A DNA stretch of 64,000 nucleotides. It comes from Eledone cirrhosa (lineage: Eukaryota). Positions 14,392 to 27,914 of this stretch are shown in pieces (the first letter of the stretch is position 1; each line of letters opens with the position of its first letter). Made by a program: the position numbers and the translations under genes. A model generated the notes under the pieces. That model had not been told where the DNA came from. It did no database searches and saw nothing but the letters and a program-made list of their open reading frames with translations. The stretch spans positions 42,222,001 to 42,286,000 of the forward strand of contig OZ024742.1 in NCBI GenBank assembly GCA_964016885.1, given 5' to 3'.

Positions 14392-17300
14392 TCATCATCA
14401 TCATCATCATCATCAGGTTTAGCGTCCGTGTTCCACGCTTGCATGGGTTTGGACGGGGGTTTTCCCACTTGAGGCAAGAGTGGTTGTCTTGCTCGCATAG
14501 GACTGTCTGGCGGGTTTTCTACAGTTGGATGCCCTTCCTAACACCAACCACATTTACAGTGTGGGGCTGGGAGGTTTTTACCGTGTTGCCTACACGGCCA
14601 CATTACAGCGTGGACTGTCTGGCGGGTTTTCTACAGCTGGATGCCCTTCCTAACACCAACCACATTTACAGTGTGGGGCTGGGAGGTTTTTACCGTGTTG
14701 CCTACACGGCCACATTTACAGCGTGGACTGTGTGTTTTTTGTTGTGACACCTACACGATCTCATTTGTTTCGGCCTGGATGTTGTGGGACCAACATAACT
14801 TTACATTGAAAGGGGCGGTGTGGAGGGACGGGGGTGTGTTTTGATAGAGGTGCCTACTGACTGTAGTAGGTTTTTACTTTGTATTTAGGTAAGGCGGGTC
14901 TTCTCTATTACTGAGTACCGCCAAAGGTCTCGGTCCAGTGACATTGTCTTGGAGAGGTGTAAGCGTGTGAGGTCGGAATTTATCAGCTCGTCCCATGTTT
15001 TTCTGGGTCTGCCTACTCCGTGGCTACCGTCTATCTTTATTGCCCTGCACTTTGTTATACAGCTGTCGTCTTTCATGCGCATCACGTGACCGTACCAACG
15101 TAGCCTTCTCTCGAGTAAACAACATCTGATCCCTCTTATTTCTAATTTTTTCCTTAGTTCGTTTATGCTTTGCCGTTCACGTATATTACTATTGCACATC
15201 CAGCGGAGCATGCAAGCTTCGTTCCTCTCTAGTCTGCGTATATCCTCTGCACACAATGCCCAGGTCTCACTGCCATGCAGCATTGCTGTTCGTATGCAGG
15301 CATCGTATAACCTGCCTTTCATTTTTAGGGAGAACCCTCTAGCGGCTAATAGTGGTATAAGCTCTCTGAACTTTTTCCATCCAGTTCTGACTCTAGCTAC
15401 TGTACTTTCAGAGCACCCTCCCCCACTGCTGATTTTGTCACCCAGATAACGGAAGCTGTCCACTATTTCTATAGAACCCTCTGCGCAGTTGAAGGAGCTA
15501 GTATTTTGTGGGCACTTGCTGCTATTTATTGCACCAGAGCACCGGCCACATGTAAAATCTATGTTCTTAGTTAGCTTACCTTTTATGCACCCATACTTTG
15601 CATTTGGGACATAAAATGGAGTTTCTACCTACGCCTTTCCTACACACTGAGCATGGCCATTTCCCCGATGGGACCGCCGCCTTATTTTCTTTCCTACAAA
15701 CTAGAACTTTAGTCTTAGCCAGGTTAATTTTAAGGCCTTTTGATTCTAGGCCGTGCTTCCACGTTTGGAATTTCTTCTCTAGTTCGGTCATTGATTCAGC
15801 TATGAGCGTTAGATCATCTGCGTATAGGAGTTCCCATGGGCAGCCGGTCTTGAACTCCTCTGTTATAGCCTGAAGGGCAATAATAAATAGTAGGGGGCTA
15901 AGTACAGAGCCCTGATGGACACCAACTTTTACGCTAAACTCTTCACTATATTCGTTGTTAATTCTAACCTTACTGACTGTTTCTTTATACATGGCTTGTA
16001 TAGCTCTCACAAGCCATTCGTCAACACCTAGTTTTCTAAGAGACCACCAGATAATGGAACGGGGGACTCTGTCGAAGGCTTTCTCCAAGTCGACAAAAGC
16101 TAAGTATAGGGGTTTACTTTTAGCTAGGTACTTCTCCTGTAGTTGTCGTACAATGAAAAGAGCGTCTGTGGTACTTTTGCCTGACACAAACCCGAACTGC
16201 ATTTCATCTAGATCAATTCTCTCTCTGATTAGTTGCGCTATTACTTTTTCCGTGACCTTCATGACCTGGTCGATTAATTTAATGCCTCTATAGTTACTCC
16301 TATCTAGGGCATCTCCTTTTCCCTTATAGCAGTTAACGATGATGCTGCTACGCCATTCCTTCGGAACAACCCCATTCTGTACGACTTGGTTAACTATCCG
16401 GGTGACCATGGTGTGTCCCACCGAACCAGATGCCTTCAGCATCTCAGCAACTATTTCCGAAGGCCCAGCCGCCTTACCCGTCTTCATATCTTTGATTGCC
16501 TTACTTATTATACTACCTTCAACTAACACTGCTGGTCCCTCTATTGGATCGATCTGGGGGAGACTGTCTTTCTCCCATTTGTTCTCCTCATTTAGAAGCC
16601 TTTCGTAGTGACACTTCCAAGCTACCTTCTTATCAGCGTCGGTGATGGCAAGTATGCCATCATCGTTAAGTACACACTTCTCCCCGACAATATCACGGTT
16701 TTCCTTGACACATTGCCTGGCAATCCTGAACACCTCACGTTTTTGGTCCTCACGTTGTAGAACATGCTTGAACTTTCTTTCCTCTGCTTCCCTTCTTGCG
16801 AAGTACACTTGTCTCCTAGCTTCCCTCCTGGCCACTTGATAGTCTTCTCTACTACCCCCATCCCGCCATACTTTCCAAGCCTGCTTTTTGGCCTTAATTG
16901 ACTCCTCCACCTTACTGTTCCACCACCATGTTACTCTCCTCCTACCTACAGGCCTGCTCCAGCCACAGACTTCGTCTGCCGCCGTCAGCAGGTTTGCTCT
17001 CAGGAATTCCCACTGTTCCTCTATATTATACGACTCTAAGTGCTCTTCCTTACTGTCGAAAGCGTCAAGTAATTTGCTTTGAAATTTATTTCTGGCTATG
17101 GGGTCCTTTAGCTTCCATATTTTTCTCCTGAGGATAGTCCTCTTTCGCTGTCTAGTACGTCTCGTCCTGACTATGAGGTCGCTAATTATCAGTCTATGTT
17201 GGGAGGTGAATTCTTCATGGGGGTGGGATTTAGTGTTAACAACAGACACTCTGTCACGTCTTCTGGTAAGGATATAATCTACCTGGCTTGTGTGTTCCCC

Positions 17301-18224
17301 CGATCTATAGGTGATCAAGTGATTGTCTCGTTTTTTGAAGTTAGTGTTACAGATAGTTAAGTTATTTGCGTCGCAGAATTCCAGGATTCTGGAGCCTTCC
17401 TCATTTCTAGTACCGAACCCATAGCCTCCATGGATTCCGTCATAGCCGTCACAATGTTGTCCAACGTGACCATTTAGGTCGCCTGCAATAACTATATAGT
17501 CACTGTCGGTTATTTGGGAGGTAGCGAGCATCAGTGTCTCGTAGAATCTGTCTTTTATAGCGCGGGGCTGCCCGGATTGGGGTGCGTACGCAGATATTAC
17601 TGTCACCGTAGTTTTATTGAGGACAAGTCTTATTTTAATTATTCTGTCGTTCACTCTATTTACGTCTATTATCTTATCTGCCCACTTTTCTGCTACCATG
17701 ATTCCTACCCCACCCAACCCATTGTCATTTCCCACCCAGAAAAGCTTATAGCATCGCTCTTTACCCACGATGAATCTAGCCGACCCTCCCCTCCACCTGG
17801 TCTCTTGAATACAACAAACATCGACCTCCTTACGTTCAAGCATTTCTACAACCTCGTTAGAGCGACCCTTTAAGGTGCCTACATTCATGGTACCAACTCT
17901 GAAGTTTTGGATTGCGTTTGGAGGGTGGGAGCGGTGGGGCGCGGGGGGGGGGATGGGGTTATGTTAGCCATCCTGGGCCGAAACAAGGAGGAGTGCTTGC
18001 ATTCTCGTCCACGAGGTGAATTTGGCTTTATCTTTGGCATTGTCGCTGAGCGTCCACATTTTTCTCTCTTCAACTCTCCAGAATTCCGTAGTCCATCCAT
18101 CATATCGAAAAGCAACCAGTTAAGCGATAGTATGGGCCTCTGACTTATGATTGGTCCACGTAATAATGGTGGTGCGTGGGGGCGGGAGGGAGGGATGATG
18201 GGTTGTTAGCGAGAATGTAAGGTT
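14392..18224 (-). mobile_element. Near full-length RTE-clade LINE (APE endonuclease + RT) in gene A intron 4
   Basis: ORF 15576-17888 has APE motifs (TMNVGTL, CIQET, GDLNG, SQVDY, SQH) and RT motifs (FVDLEKAFD, GVHQGSVLSP, YADD). The C-terminal ORF 14885-15463 follows a frameshifting deletion. The 3' UTR has a 111-bp tandem duplication and a (GAT)n tail. Confidence 0.93.
15576..17888 (-). pseudogene. RTE LINE endonuclease/reverse transcriptase ORF (770 aa, cut short by frameshift)
   Basis: ORF track. Comparison with the sister copy at about 13600-13640 shows roughly 17 nt (CSGIx) missing at about 15580. Confidence 0.9.
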
Positions 18225-18564
18225 TATATATATATATATATTAGGTGTATATGGAGGCATATATGTTATTTCATACACAATAAACATACATACAAGTAAG
18301 TCTCACAGTGAGCATTTTAAGCCAAAGCATATATGTTTATCATACATAAACATATATACACCTCTACTATAAATGATGCTATGTTAGTGCTACTGCATAT
18401 ATATATATAGAGAGAGAAAGAGGGGTGGGAAGATATGTATACATGTAATATATATATATATAAATATAAATATATGATATATGAATACATACACAACATA
18501 TATATGTATACATACATATGTGTCTGTATGTGTGTTTATCATGGTTAAGAGTTTATAAACTTAC

Positions 18565-18725
18565 AGATCAATATCTTTTAGTTTTTGCAGATCATCTGGT
18601 TTGATACCGTGATATGACATTTGGTATGTAGTTGCTTTTGGACTTAGAACATTAAAGATCTCTTTGTCTTCTGGATTAAATTCATAATCAATGCATTTTT
18701 TCTCTAGACCAGTAGGTTGGCCAAT
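18565..18725 (-). CDS. Gene A coding exon 4
   Basis: catgtag acceptor; 161 nt (IGQPTGLEKK...ATTYQMSYHG...KDID); GTAAGT donor; phase 0/2. Confidence 0.85.
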
Positions 18726-20869
18726 CTACATGAGTATAAGAAAGATTCAATATGATTTAATTTCATGTAATACTTTTCTCAAAATAAAAGCAATATAGTT
18801 TACATAAAGCATTGTAAAATATGTGGCCAGGATTGTTTTTAGAAAGCCGGTACAATACAAGTTTGAAATACAGAGTGAAAATTAGAGTAAAAATAACACA
18901 ATCAAAACAAACCAATATTTATCTAATATTTCAGGATATTTTGGGTTTAGGAACCATTTAAAAAAGAATAGAAATAGAGTATGATGATTGGTGATGACCC
19001 AATATCTATGCAGAAGAGCTCTGCTTGTCACCACAATCATACTTCTTGCCTTTCTTTAGAAAAAAGGGGGTTCTAATCTCCAAATATCATGAAATATAGG
19101 GTGACAGTGTAATTTATCTTACTTTACTCTAGTTTTCATTCCTGTATTTCTAACTTGTCTGCTCTCGTTGTCTACTTCCTTCCCATTACTGCACCTCTCT
19201 GTCCAGCCGAGGAAACAACAATTGCCCGAGTGTTGATTTTTCAATAAAATAAACCTGACTCACTCTGTGAAGCAATAGTGCTGGTGACACAATAAAATGC
19301 ATCCAACCCATGCTACAAAATGATATTGCTCATGTCACAATAAAATGCACCTTGTCCATTCTACAAAGTGGCAGTGTTGACATCACAATAAGATGCATTC
19401 AATACCCATTTAAAATTGGTCAGCATAAGAAAGGGAATACAACCCCAGAAACCAAGCCTAAATGAAATGTATGAGCCAGTCATGGTCTTCTGATCTGTTT
19501 AGTCTCAGAATGTGACAACTCATCCAGTATAGAAAACAGATGTAAAATGGTGATGATGATGATTATGATGATAGTGGTAGTGAAGAAGATGATGATGATG
19601 GTATACTAGCTTTCACAATACAATTGAAAAAACAGACGATCATAAATGTCATGATGTATGGTAGTGAATAATGAATGAAGATTTGTTGTGATTAATATTG
19701 GGAAAGAATGAGTTGGGCATGGACTATTGGATTTTAAATGTTAATCTTTGAGAGAAAGGCTATATACAATTTAGTTGTGAGTGAATACAAATAAGACTAA
19801 AAGCATTAGTGAATATTTGCAGGCGATATGGCTTAGTTGGTTTGAATATATAATGTGTCGTATCATATAATTTTTATGATTTGTAGATGCTGAGAATGAA
19901 ATCAAAACAGAATTCCAAACTACACTAAAGAAGAACTAGAGAGAAAAATAAAAATCCATGGTCAATCTCGCTGCAAAGTTCACCAGAGAAAAAGTAAACC
20001 AGAATGAAAACCAATAGTGACTAAAAAGCTATCGACTAAACACACAACTGTAATGTCTGATTTGTTATGCACAGGATCAAGGTCTAGTCACAAATAACTA
20101 TAAGGACCAAATGATGAAACAGAATGTTAACATCAAGTATATATTAATGCAACCAGTATAATGAGACATAGGTGGGGAATTGGCAGAGTTGTTAGAATGT
20201 CAGATAGAATGGTTTGCAGGATTCATTTCCACTCCCTGCTCTCTGAGTTCAAATCCTGCCAAATCCATCCGAGGTCGATAAAAAAGTACCAGTCTAGCAC
20301 TGGGATTGATTCTTCCTCTATATCTCCTTCTCACTTCCATTCTTTCACTCACTTTATCCTTCTCTGGAAGAAATCTGCTGTATTCAGACCTGGAGAGATG
20401 GGCTCTGCTAGGTTTTAAAATACCATAGAAACACCATATGACAATATGGCACCCCTACAACTCTATGCATGCGTAATGAGACAATTGAGGTGTATTGAAC
20501 TGGCAGAGTCTTTAGAGCATCAGATAAATGCTTAGTAATATTTGTTATGGCTCTTTACTTTCTGAATTCAAATCCCACCGAGGTTATGTTATGGACTCCT
20601 TTCATCCTTCTGGAGACCATAAATTTAATCAACTTTCTGTTTCTCCAAAATTAGAAGCCATTATAATGAAACAATTGGCCACATAATACTTGGCTGTGCA
20701 GTCCTTACAAAATCTGAGTATATCCACAGAGATGATCAAGTGAGCAGCCAGGTCTACTGGGCAGGATGCCAACATTCTACTGTAAAAACAGACAAGAACT
20801 GATATAAAGACAGTACTGCACTCATCTTAGGAACATGGAGTTTAACTAATGGTATATTAGAAACAATGT

Positions 20870-21225
20870 GAAGGCACATGGCTTAGTGGTTAGAGCATCA
20901 GGCTTATAACTGTGAGGTTGCGAGTTCGATTCTTGGACTGGGCTTTGCGTTGTGTTCTTCAACAAGACACTTTATTTCACGTGGCTCCAGTTTACTCAGC
21001 TGTAGAAATGAGTTGTGATGTCACTGGTGCCAAGCTGTATTGGCCATAGCCTTTCCCTTGGACAACATTGGTGGCGTGGAGAGGAGAGACTGGTATGCAT
21101 GGGCGACTGATGGTCTTCCACAAACAATCTTGCCTAGACTTGTGCCTTGGAGGGGAACTTTCTAGGTGCAAATCCCATGGTCATTCGTGACCAAATAGGG
21201 GGGGGGGGGGATGGTCTTTACCCTT
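20870..21225 (+). mobile_element. tRNA-derived SINE (second family)
   Basis: TGGCTTAGTGGTTAGAGC / GAGTTCGATTC boxes and CAAGACACTTTATTTCAC block; relatives at about 10875-11140, 42745-43020, 60410-60630 and 62270-62462. Confidence 0.7.
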
Positions 21226-21338
21226 ATATTAGAAACATCAGCAGCAGCAGTAGCTGCAGCATGTTAATGATGATAATGATAATATTTTATAGTAAAAATT
21301 TATTTTAAATGCAAAGAAAATTGTTTAAACTACTTTAC

Positions 21339-21506
21339 CCTAGAAGGGCCATAGTTCAAATGGTCATGAAGCAGAAATGGCCGTTTTTTGAAGACATCAT
21401 CAAAAGCATAGCTGTATTTTAATCCATCTGGATTGCTGAATTCTTCATGTGTCTCACTCTGTTCATTTTTCATAGACAAAGGTTTTTTCCATCCTCCTTC
21501 ACCATG
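21339..21506 (-). CDS. Gene A coding exon 3
   Basis: tttaaag acceptor; 168 nt (HGEGGWKKPLSMKNEQSETHEEF...NYGPSR); GTAAAG donor; phase 0/0. Confidence 0.8.
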
Positions 21507-21621
21507 CTTTAAATGGACATTCAAATGAATACAACATTAAGATAGAAACACAAATATATTTAGTCTCTATTTAAACAAAAATAGACAAATAAATAAAGAA
21601 TCAATCATATTTACTAAGAGT

Positions 21622-21812
21622 TGTAGGTTAATGTTACCTGCTTTCATGCAGGTTTTTGACTACAAAAAATAGTCAAAGCCCCTACCTAGAATTTGAAAAA
21701 AAGTAGACAGTATCGCACTATCCACTTTTTTCTGTCTCTAGGGGTTTATATACTCATTTGACTGTATTTCATAGTCAAAACCCCATGATGAAACAGCTTA
21801 CATTAAGCTAAC
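21622..21812. mobile_element. Degenerate MITE
   Basis: Imperfect TIRs (taatgt..ctg.tttcat...ttttgactac / tagtcaaaa...atgaaacagcttacatta). Confidence 0.55.
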
Positions 21813-22737
21813 ACACTTTCAAAATTTAAATTTAAAATTAAAGTTATCATTTTGCAATTAATGTTCATCCATTTATTTTTGTGAGATAATGGAAAGGTGA
21901 AAGCATGCAGCCTTAGGGCATTGGTCTCATCATCAAAAGGTCTTGGGTTAAATCCCTGGGCTGAGCAGCATAGTATGTCCTTAACCCTAAACTAAGCAAA
22001 CTATTGTATGTATTGACCCACAAATCTTAGTGGAGTCAAAGGGTTGCAAATCTGGTGGAGTCCATCCCTCTCCAGGTCTGAACATAGCCAATTTCTTCCA
22101 AAGAAGGAGAAAGAATGATAGAGAGGATGTGAAAAAGGATATAGAGGAAGAATTGATCAAAGTACTTGACTGGTACTTTCTAATTGATCTCAAAAGGATG
22201 AAAAGCGGAGTTGACTGTAGTGAGATTTTAACTCAGAGGTGCAGAGAATCAGAACAAATACAGCAAAACACTCTACCTGATGTTCTAATGACTGCAATTC
22301 CCCCCCCCCCCCCCCCCCCCCCGTCATGAAAATTATTACCACAAGAAAACTCTTCAAGGCAATATTCTATAACCTGGTTTACCAAACTTTATATTATCAA
22401 TAAATATATTTTTTAGCGATAAGTCTTTTTCTTCTTTGATTAAATTTTCTTCTACCTGGAACCTTTTCCACCTGAACGACTACCAGCTTAATCACTTTAA
22501 TTAAGAATCACATTTTATGCTATCCTGGAAGTGCATCATTACAAGCTGTATAGGCTTGTCTCATGCAAGAATGAGTAAGGTAGAGAGCAACATTTGAAGA
22601 ATTTAAATCCGAGAAAGAATCTTGTGAAAGAATCTTGAGTACTAGCATCAAAAACCTAAATGACTATATCAAAAGAATTTTAGTGGAGGCATAGAACAAA
22701 CATCAAGTGCATTATAAGAGAAAAGATTTCAGGTTAG

Positions 22738-22898
<161 letters not shown>

Positions 22899-23150
22899 CT
22901 GTATGTGTGTGTGTGTTCAGTAAGAAAGTTGTTTTGGTAAAAAACAGGAGTAAGCAGGAGAAAGCTCTCTACACTCGTAGTGTGTAGTCATGATGGAAAT
23001 TCATTATAAGAATAACATTAAGAAAGATGCTGCGATTACAGAAATCAATCAATATTAAATACATTTGCTAATACATAAAAAAAGGAAAAACTATTTTTTT
23101 AAATACAATAAATTGAACTAAAATGCTTAAGGAATAGATTCAATACAAAC

Positions 23151-23339
23151 CTTTTCTGATAGGTCTTTTATGAAAGAAATATTGTTTGAAGAAGCTGATT
23201 TCTGATAAGTTGGATGAATATAATTTTGGAAGATAAATTTTTTATTATGATCACTCCTTGATGTTGTAGAATGTCTCTCGTTTCTGAGTACCCTATCTGG
23301 TATCGCTAAGCCCGCAGGAAGTGGATTATCAATGCATCT
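23151..23339 (-). CDS. Gene A coding exon 2
   Basis: ttttaag acceptor; 189 nt open (RCIDNPLPAGLAIPD...FIKDLSEK); GTTTGT donor; phase 0/0. Confidence 0.8.
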
Positions 23340-23797
23340 CTTAAAAGATATAATAAATGATTAATTTGTGCATTTTTTTTTTTTACATATTAGGGTCAAC
23401 AGATCTTTATTCATTATTTATTTTATAGTTCACCATGACAACATGGTGAAGACAGTAAAGTGGCTAGATCATTAGACAAGTGCATGTATCATAGTTGATA
23501 TCCACATAAATGATTTTACATTGTATATCGAAATAAGAAATCCAATTCTATATGACTTCACATAGCTGTTGTAAAGGCTATCAATGAAGTGTGTTATACC
23601 AAGAGATAAATTTAAGATTTATTTGTCTTTGGTTGGTTATAGAATACAGGGCTAAGATCCAGGTTTATTGAGACATCATCATTATTACACCCAAACACCC
23701 AAACATGCATGTGTGTACATTATATATATATATACCTATGCTAGCGTGGAAGATGGATGTTAAACGATGATGATGATGATATATATATATATATATA

Positions 23798-24035
23798 CAG
23801 ATTACACAAGTATCAAAGTTATGTTTAAAACATTTAATCGCTGACAATTGTTTCTTCCAAACTTAAGCTTGATGTCCTCAGAGCATTATCAACGTTTGTA
23901 CTTAAGCTTGGAGTCCTTGGAGCATTATCAATGTTTGTACATTGATAATGCTCCGAGGACACCAAGCTTAAGTTTGGAAGAAACAATTGTCAGCGATTAA
24001 ATGTTTTAAACATAACTTTGATACTTGTGTAATCT
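23798..24035. repeat. Inverted repeat of a Penelope-like terminus with hammerhead-like motifs on both arms
   Basis: 23798-23892 and 23942-24035 are reverse complements; GCT-CTGAGGA...GAAA-CAATTG-TC-AGC on the minus strand. Confidence 0.7.
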
Positions 24036-25047
24036 ATATTACTGCTCTGTAAAACAACTGATGTTCTTACATTGAGCAATTTCTCTTACTGGTAATAAGG
24101 TAGTAACAAATTACTGACCTTCCCTGTTTATAGTATAGTATATACATAACTATAAATAGTATCTTTAATATTATATATGTATAATATTAAAGATACTATT
24201 TATATATATATAATTGGTATTTGTGATTAGGGTATGGCTACTACGTAGCTATTACATTTATGCATATTGGGCATGCATTTTCAGACTTGTATCGCCACAT
24301 GAATGGGTCGGGTACAAGCCTCAAGAATGTTGTCTCATATAATATTTTATGCACCATGTGCACATATGCGTGTGTGTGTGGATGTGTAGGTATTCATCAA
24401 GTATGTGCTTTTTTTTAGACGTATAAGCATGCCCATGCGCGGGTACATGTATGTATGTGTGTCCACACACATATGCATACATCCATGTGTATACATGTCT
24501 GGGTGGATGTATTTGTATGAACATGTCTGTGTAAGTGAATGCATGTGTATGTGTAGATCTTCCATTTTTTCATCTGTATATATGTGCAGCGTCTTAACTA
24601 TATACACTTTCCTGAGTACAGTGTGTGTAGATATGTGTATATTTATCAAAAATACCTTTCTAAGTATTCGCTGCACATTCAATATATAATGTGATTGTCG
24701 CATATAATACAGTTGTGGGTGTGTACGTGATCGCTGTGGGTGTATAAGTGCCCGTATGTATCACACCTGCATGAAACATGGACATGGGTGAGGGCACCGA
24801 CAGGGCATGAGCGGTTCAATCATACAACCCCTTACCTCCTACAGTAGTAATTCCGATTTAAGAAACAATTTTGATTGACAGGTGGCGAATGAAAGGAACC
24901 AAATATAGGACGGCCATGAGTGGCCAAAAATACCGATGACGTATACAATTCTTGACCACTCATAGAATGACAACAACAGGATCTAAGCTACCGAGTGAAG
25001 GCCGCGGGTGTAACTGGACATTTGGAAACTCTGCTTCATAGAATCAA

Positions 25048-25136
25048 GACGTATCTGAGGACCTTGCAATTTCAGGTTCGATCATCACATTGATCGTGCC
25101 TCGAGCTGGTCGCCAGAGAAACGATTGTAATATGTC
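25048..25136 (+). ncRNA. Hammerhead-like motif with expanded stem II
   Basis: GACGTAT-CTGAGGA-about 56 nt-GAAA-CGATTG-TA-ATATGTC, followed by AATAAA; stem II closure is weak. Confidence 0.5.
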
Positions 25137-25199
25137 TAATAAATTTTATTCGTCGCAACACTGATTCTCCATTTCCTATGTGATATATATATACCATGA

Positions 25200-26835
25200 T
25201 AGTAAATAAATGGAAACTATATTTATAAAACCATATTTATTTTATTATATATATTTTAAGGGCAACCAAGCTAACCTTGGTGCGCTTTCATCAGATAAAA
25301 TACAAAGTTTGTTTTATAAATAAAGACATACCCATGAAGATTCAACCTTATCGGTCGGAAATTCACTGGATAGTGGAAAACACATTAGGGAATATTCAAA
25401 GTTATGTATGAATATGCAAATGAATGTGTAAAAAATTGAAAAAACAGTTTATTTAAATGACGCTGGGGAAAGATATGAAAGAAAGAGAGAGAGCGAAATA
25501 ATATTAACATTATGAGATAGAAAGAGAGATGAAATTTATAAGAAGATGAATAATAACTTAAATAAGTTTTAAGTTTATACCCACTAATGGTACGTATATT
25601 TACTATTATTAATTTGTTAAAATTCATTTCTAATATAATTTAATATAATATAATATTTGCTATTATAATAGCAAATATTATATTATAGTAGATAGAAAAA
25701 ATAGATATATAAAATAAATATATATAAAAAATGTTTAAAAATAAGTTGAAAAATAAATAGATAGATATATATAGAAGAATCAATAGATATAAAAATAGAT
25801 AGATAGAAAAATAGATATATGAATGGATAGATGTGTATAGCTTGTTATATATAATTGTTTAATGAGCTATGAGGGATATTGGTTTAGGTTTATTGTAAGT
25901 AATGAAGTTAACTGAGTTAATAATAATATTTATATATTTTAAATGCTATAAATTGGGAAGATACGGAAAAAAAATCACCAGTTTTGTTTGTTTATTAGTT
26001 AGTATGAGACCATTTTGTCAAAGATATAAATGTTGAAAGATATACTTAGCCTGAATTAGTTATTGGTTATAAAACTAATAAAAGATATTAAAAATTATTA
26101 AAAAATATTAAAAATTCTGGAAAAATTCTGGGAAAATACTTAAAAAACATTTTAAAAACATTTTAAACAAATATTTAAACATCTCAAAAATATTTAAAAA
26201 ATACTTTAAAAATACTTAAAAACATACTTTAAAAATATTTAAAAAACAATTAAAAATATTCAAAAAATTCAAAAATCCTTAAAACATCTTTAAAAAAGAT
26301 TTTAAAAAAGTTTTTAAAAAATTTCTTAAAAACCTTAAAAATTATTTTAAAATATTTTATACGAGATAAGTAGATTTTTTTAAAAATAAGTAATTTTTAA
26401 ATATATGAAATATTTTGGAAGTAAAAAATAATAAATAATGAAAAGGAATATTTAAGAAGTAAAAAATAAAAAATAAAAAACCTTAAAAAATATTAAAATT
26501 AAATTAAAAATTAAAAATTAAAAATTAAAAATTAAAAATTAAAAATTAAAAATTAAAAATTAAAAATTAAAAATTAAAAATTAAAAATTAAAATTAAAAA
26601 TAAAAAATTTTTAAAAAATATTATAAGTGTAATTATAATTTATATATAATTCTAAATGTTGAATTTAGGCGATGTTTACAAGAACTAAATAAATTTGTAC
26701 GTATTAATAGAGTTCTTACATTTAAGTATGAAGAAAATTTCCTCAACACATAATTTATATATATATTATAAATATAAAAGATAAACAGAAATAACAAAAA
26801 TAACAAAACAAATGGCACAGTACATGGAAGAAATA
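25200..26835 (-). mobile_element. Penelope-like remnant with long low-complexity tail
   Basis: 'IRTNLFSSCKHR' end motif at about 26665-26710; A-rich tail on the plus strand including (AAAATTA)n; degenerate CTGATGA hairpin at about 25250-25300. Confidence 0.5.
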
Positions 26836-27250
26836 TATTAGTTTAATGCTTGAATTAGCAGAAAGAGTCTTAATGTTTCAGACACTAGTCCTTCATCAGA
26901 AAATAGAGTTAGAAATAGAAGATAAATAGAAAGTAAAGAGTGATGAGAAGAAGGAATGGGGATTGTATGGTTTCTTAAACATATCCATATATGTAAGGCA
27001 CCACACTTTTCCCCAGACGTCACACAAAATTCTGTGTTTTGTAGTTTAATTGCAATAAATCAATGTTTTGTCTCTCGTCTCTTACTTCACTGGACAGTGT
27101 TTGGCTTATGTCAGACGCTGTGACCCCAGATGGACCAGCAGTACCATTGGTAGGGGTCGAAACTGCCAAAGTCCATCTCAACGGCCGAGTTGTGTGTCTT
27201 TCGTTTGTATTTTTTTAAAATAATTTTTTAAGGTTTCCCCTTAAAAAATT

Positions 27251-27540
27251 TGTAATCTGAGCTTTTCGAATATTAATAACAACATTTGATTCGTTTGCAA
27301 TTTTGCAAACAAGCCTCATTTTTAACGCCATGTCAATAGAATGAACACTTCATTCCTGCTCTTGTGTTACCCAGAAGGGCGATACCCAGAAACATTAGTG
27401 TCTGCAGTTCCGTTTACATGCCAACACAAGAGCAAGAACGAAGAGTTCATTCTACTAACATGGTATTAAAAATGAGACTTGTTTGCATAATTGCAAACGA
27501 ATCGAATATTATTATTAATATTTGAAAAACTCAGATTACA
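27251..27540. mobile_element. MITE with about 120-bp imperfect TIRs
   Basis: TGTAATCTGAG...CTCTTGTGTT / AACACAAGAG...CTCAGATTACA. Confidence 0.7.
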
Positions 27541-27914
27541 TTTATTGTATTCATCCATGTAGAGCGAACATTTTTTTTTTTATCCTTAAACAATTGTTTT
27601 TCATTTTGTTTCCGTTCATTGTCTTATCCTTTCTTTGTTCATTTTCTTAAGTTTATATATATACACCTCAACACTGAAGTGAACCTAAACACGGAGTGCT
27701 CACCTGGGTGAACCTACAGTAACTCCAAGTTACACTCCCTGGATATATATATATATATATATTAGAGGCAGGGAGGGGGGGGGGGGGTAATTTGTGTGTG
27801 TGTATACATATATGTGTGTGCATATACATATATGAGTGTAGACTGTGTATATCTATACACATATATGTATGTATGTATTATGTATGTATGTATGTATGCA
27901 TATATATATATAAA

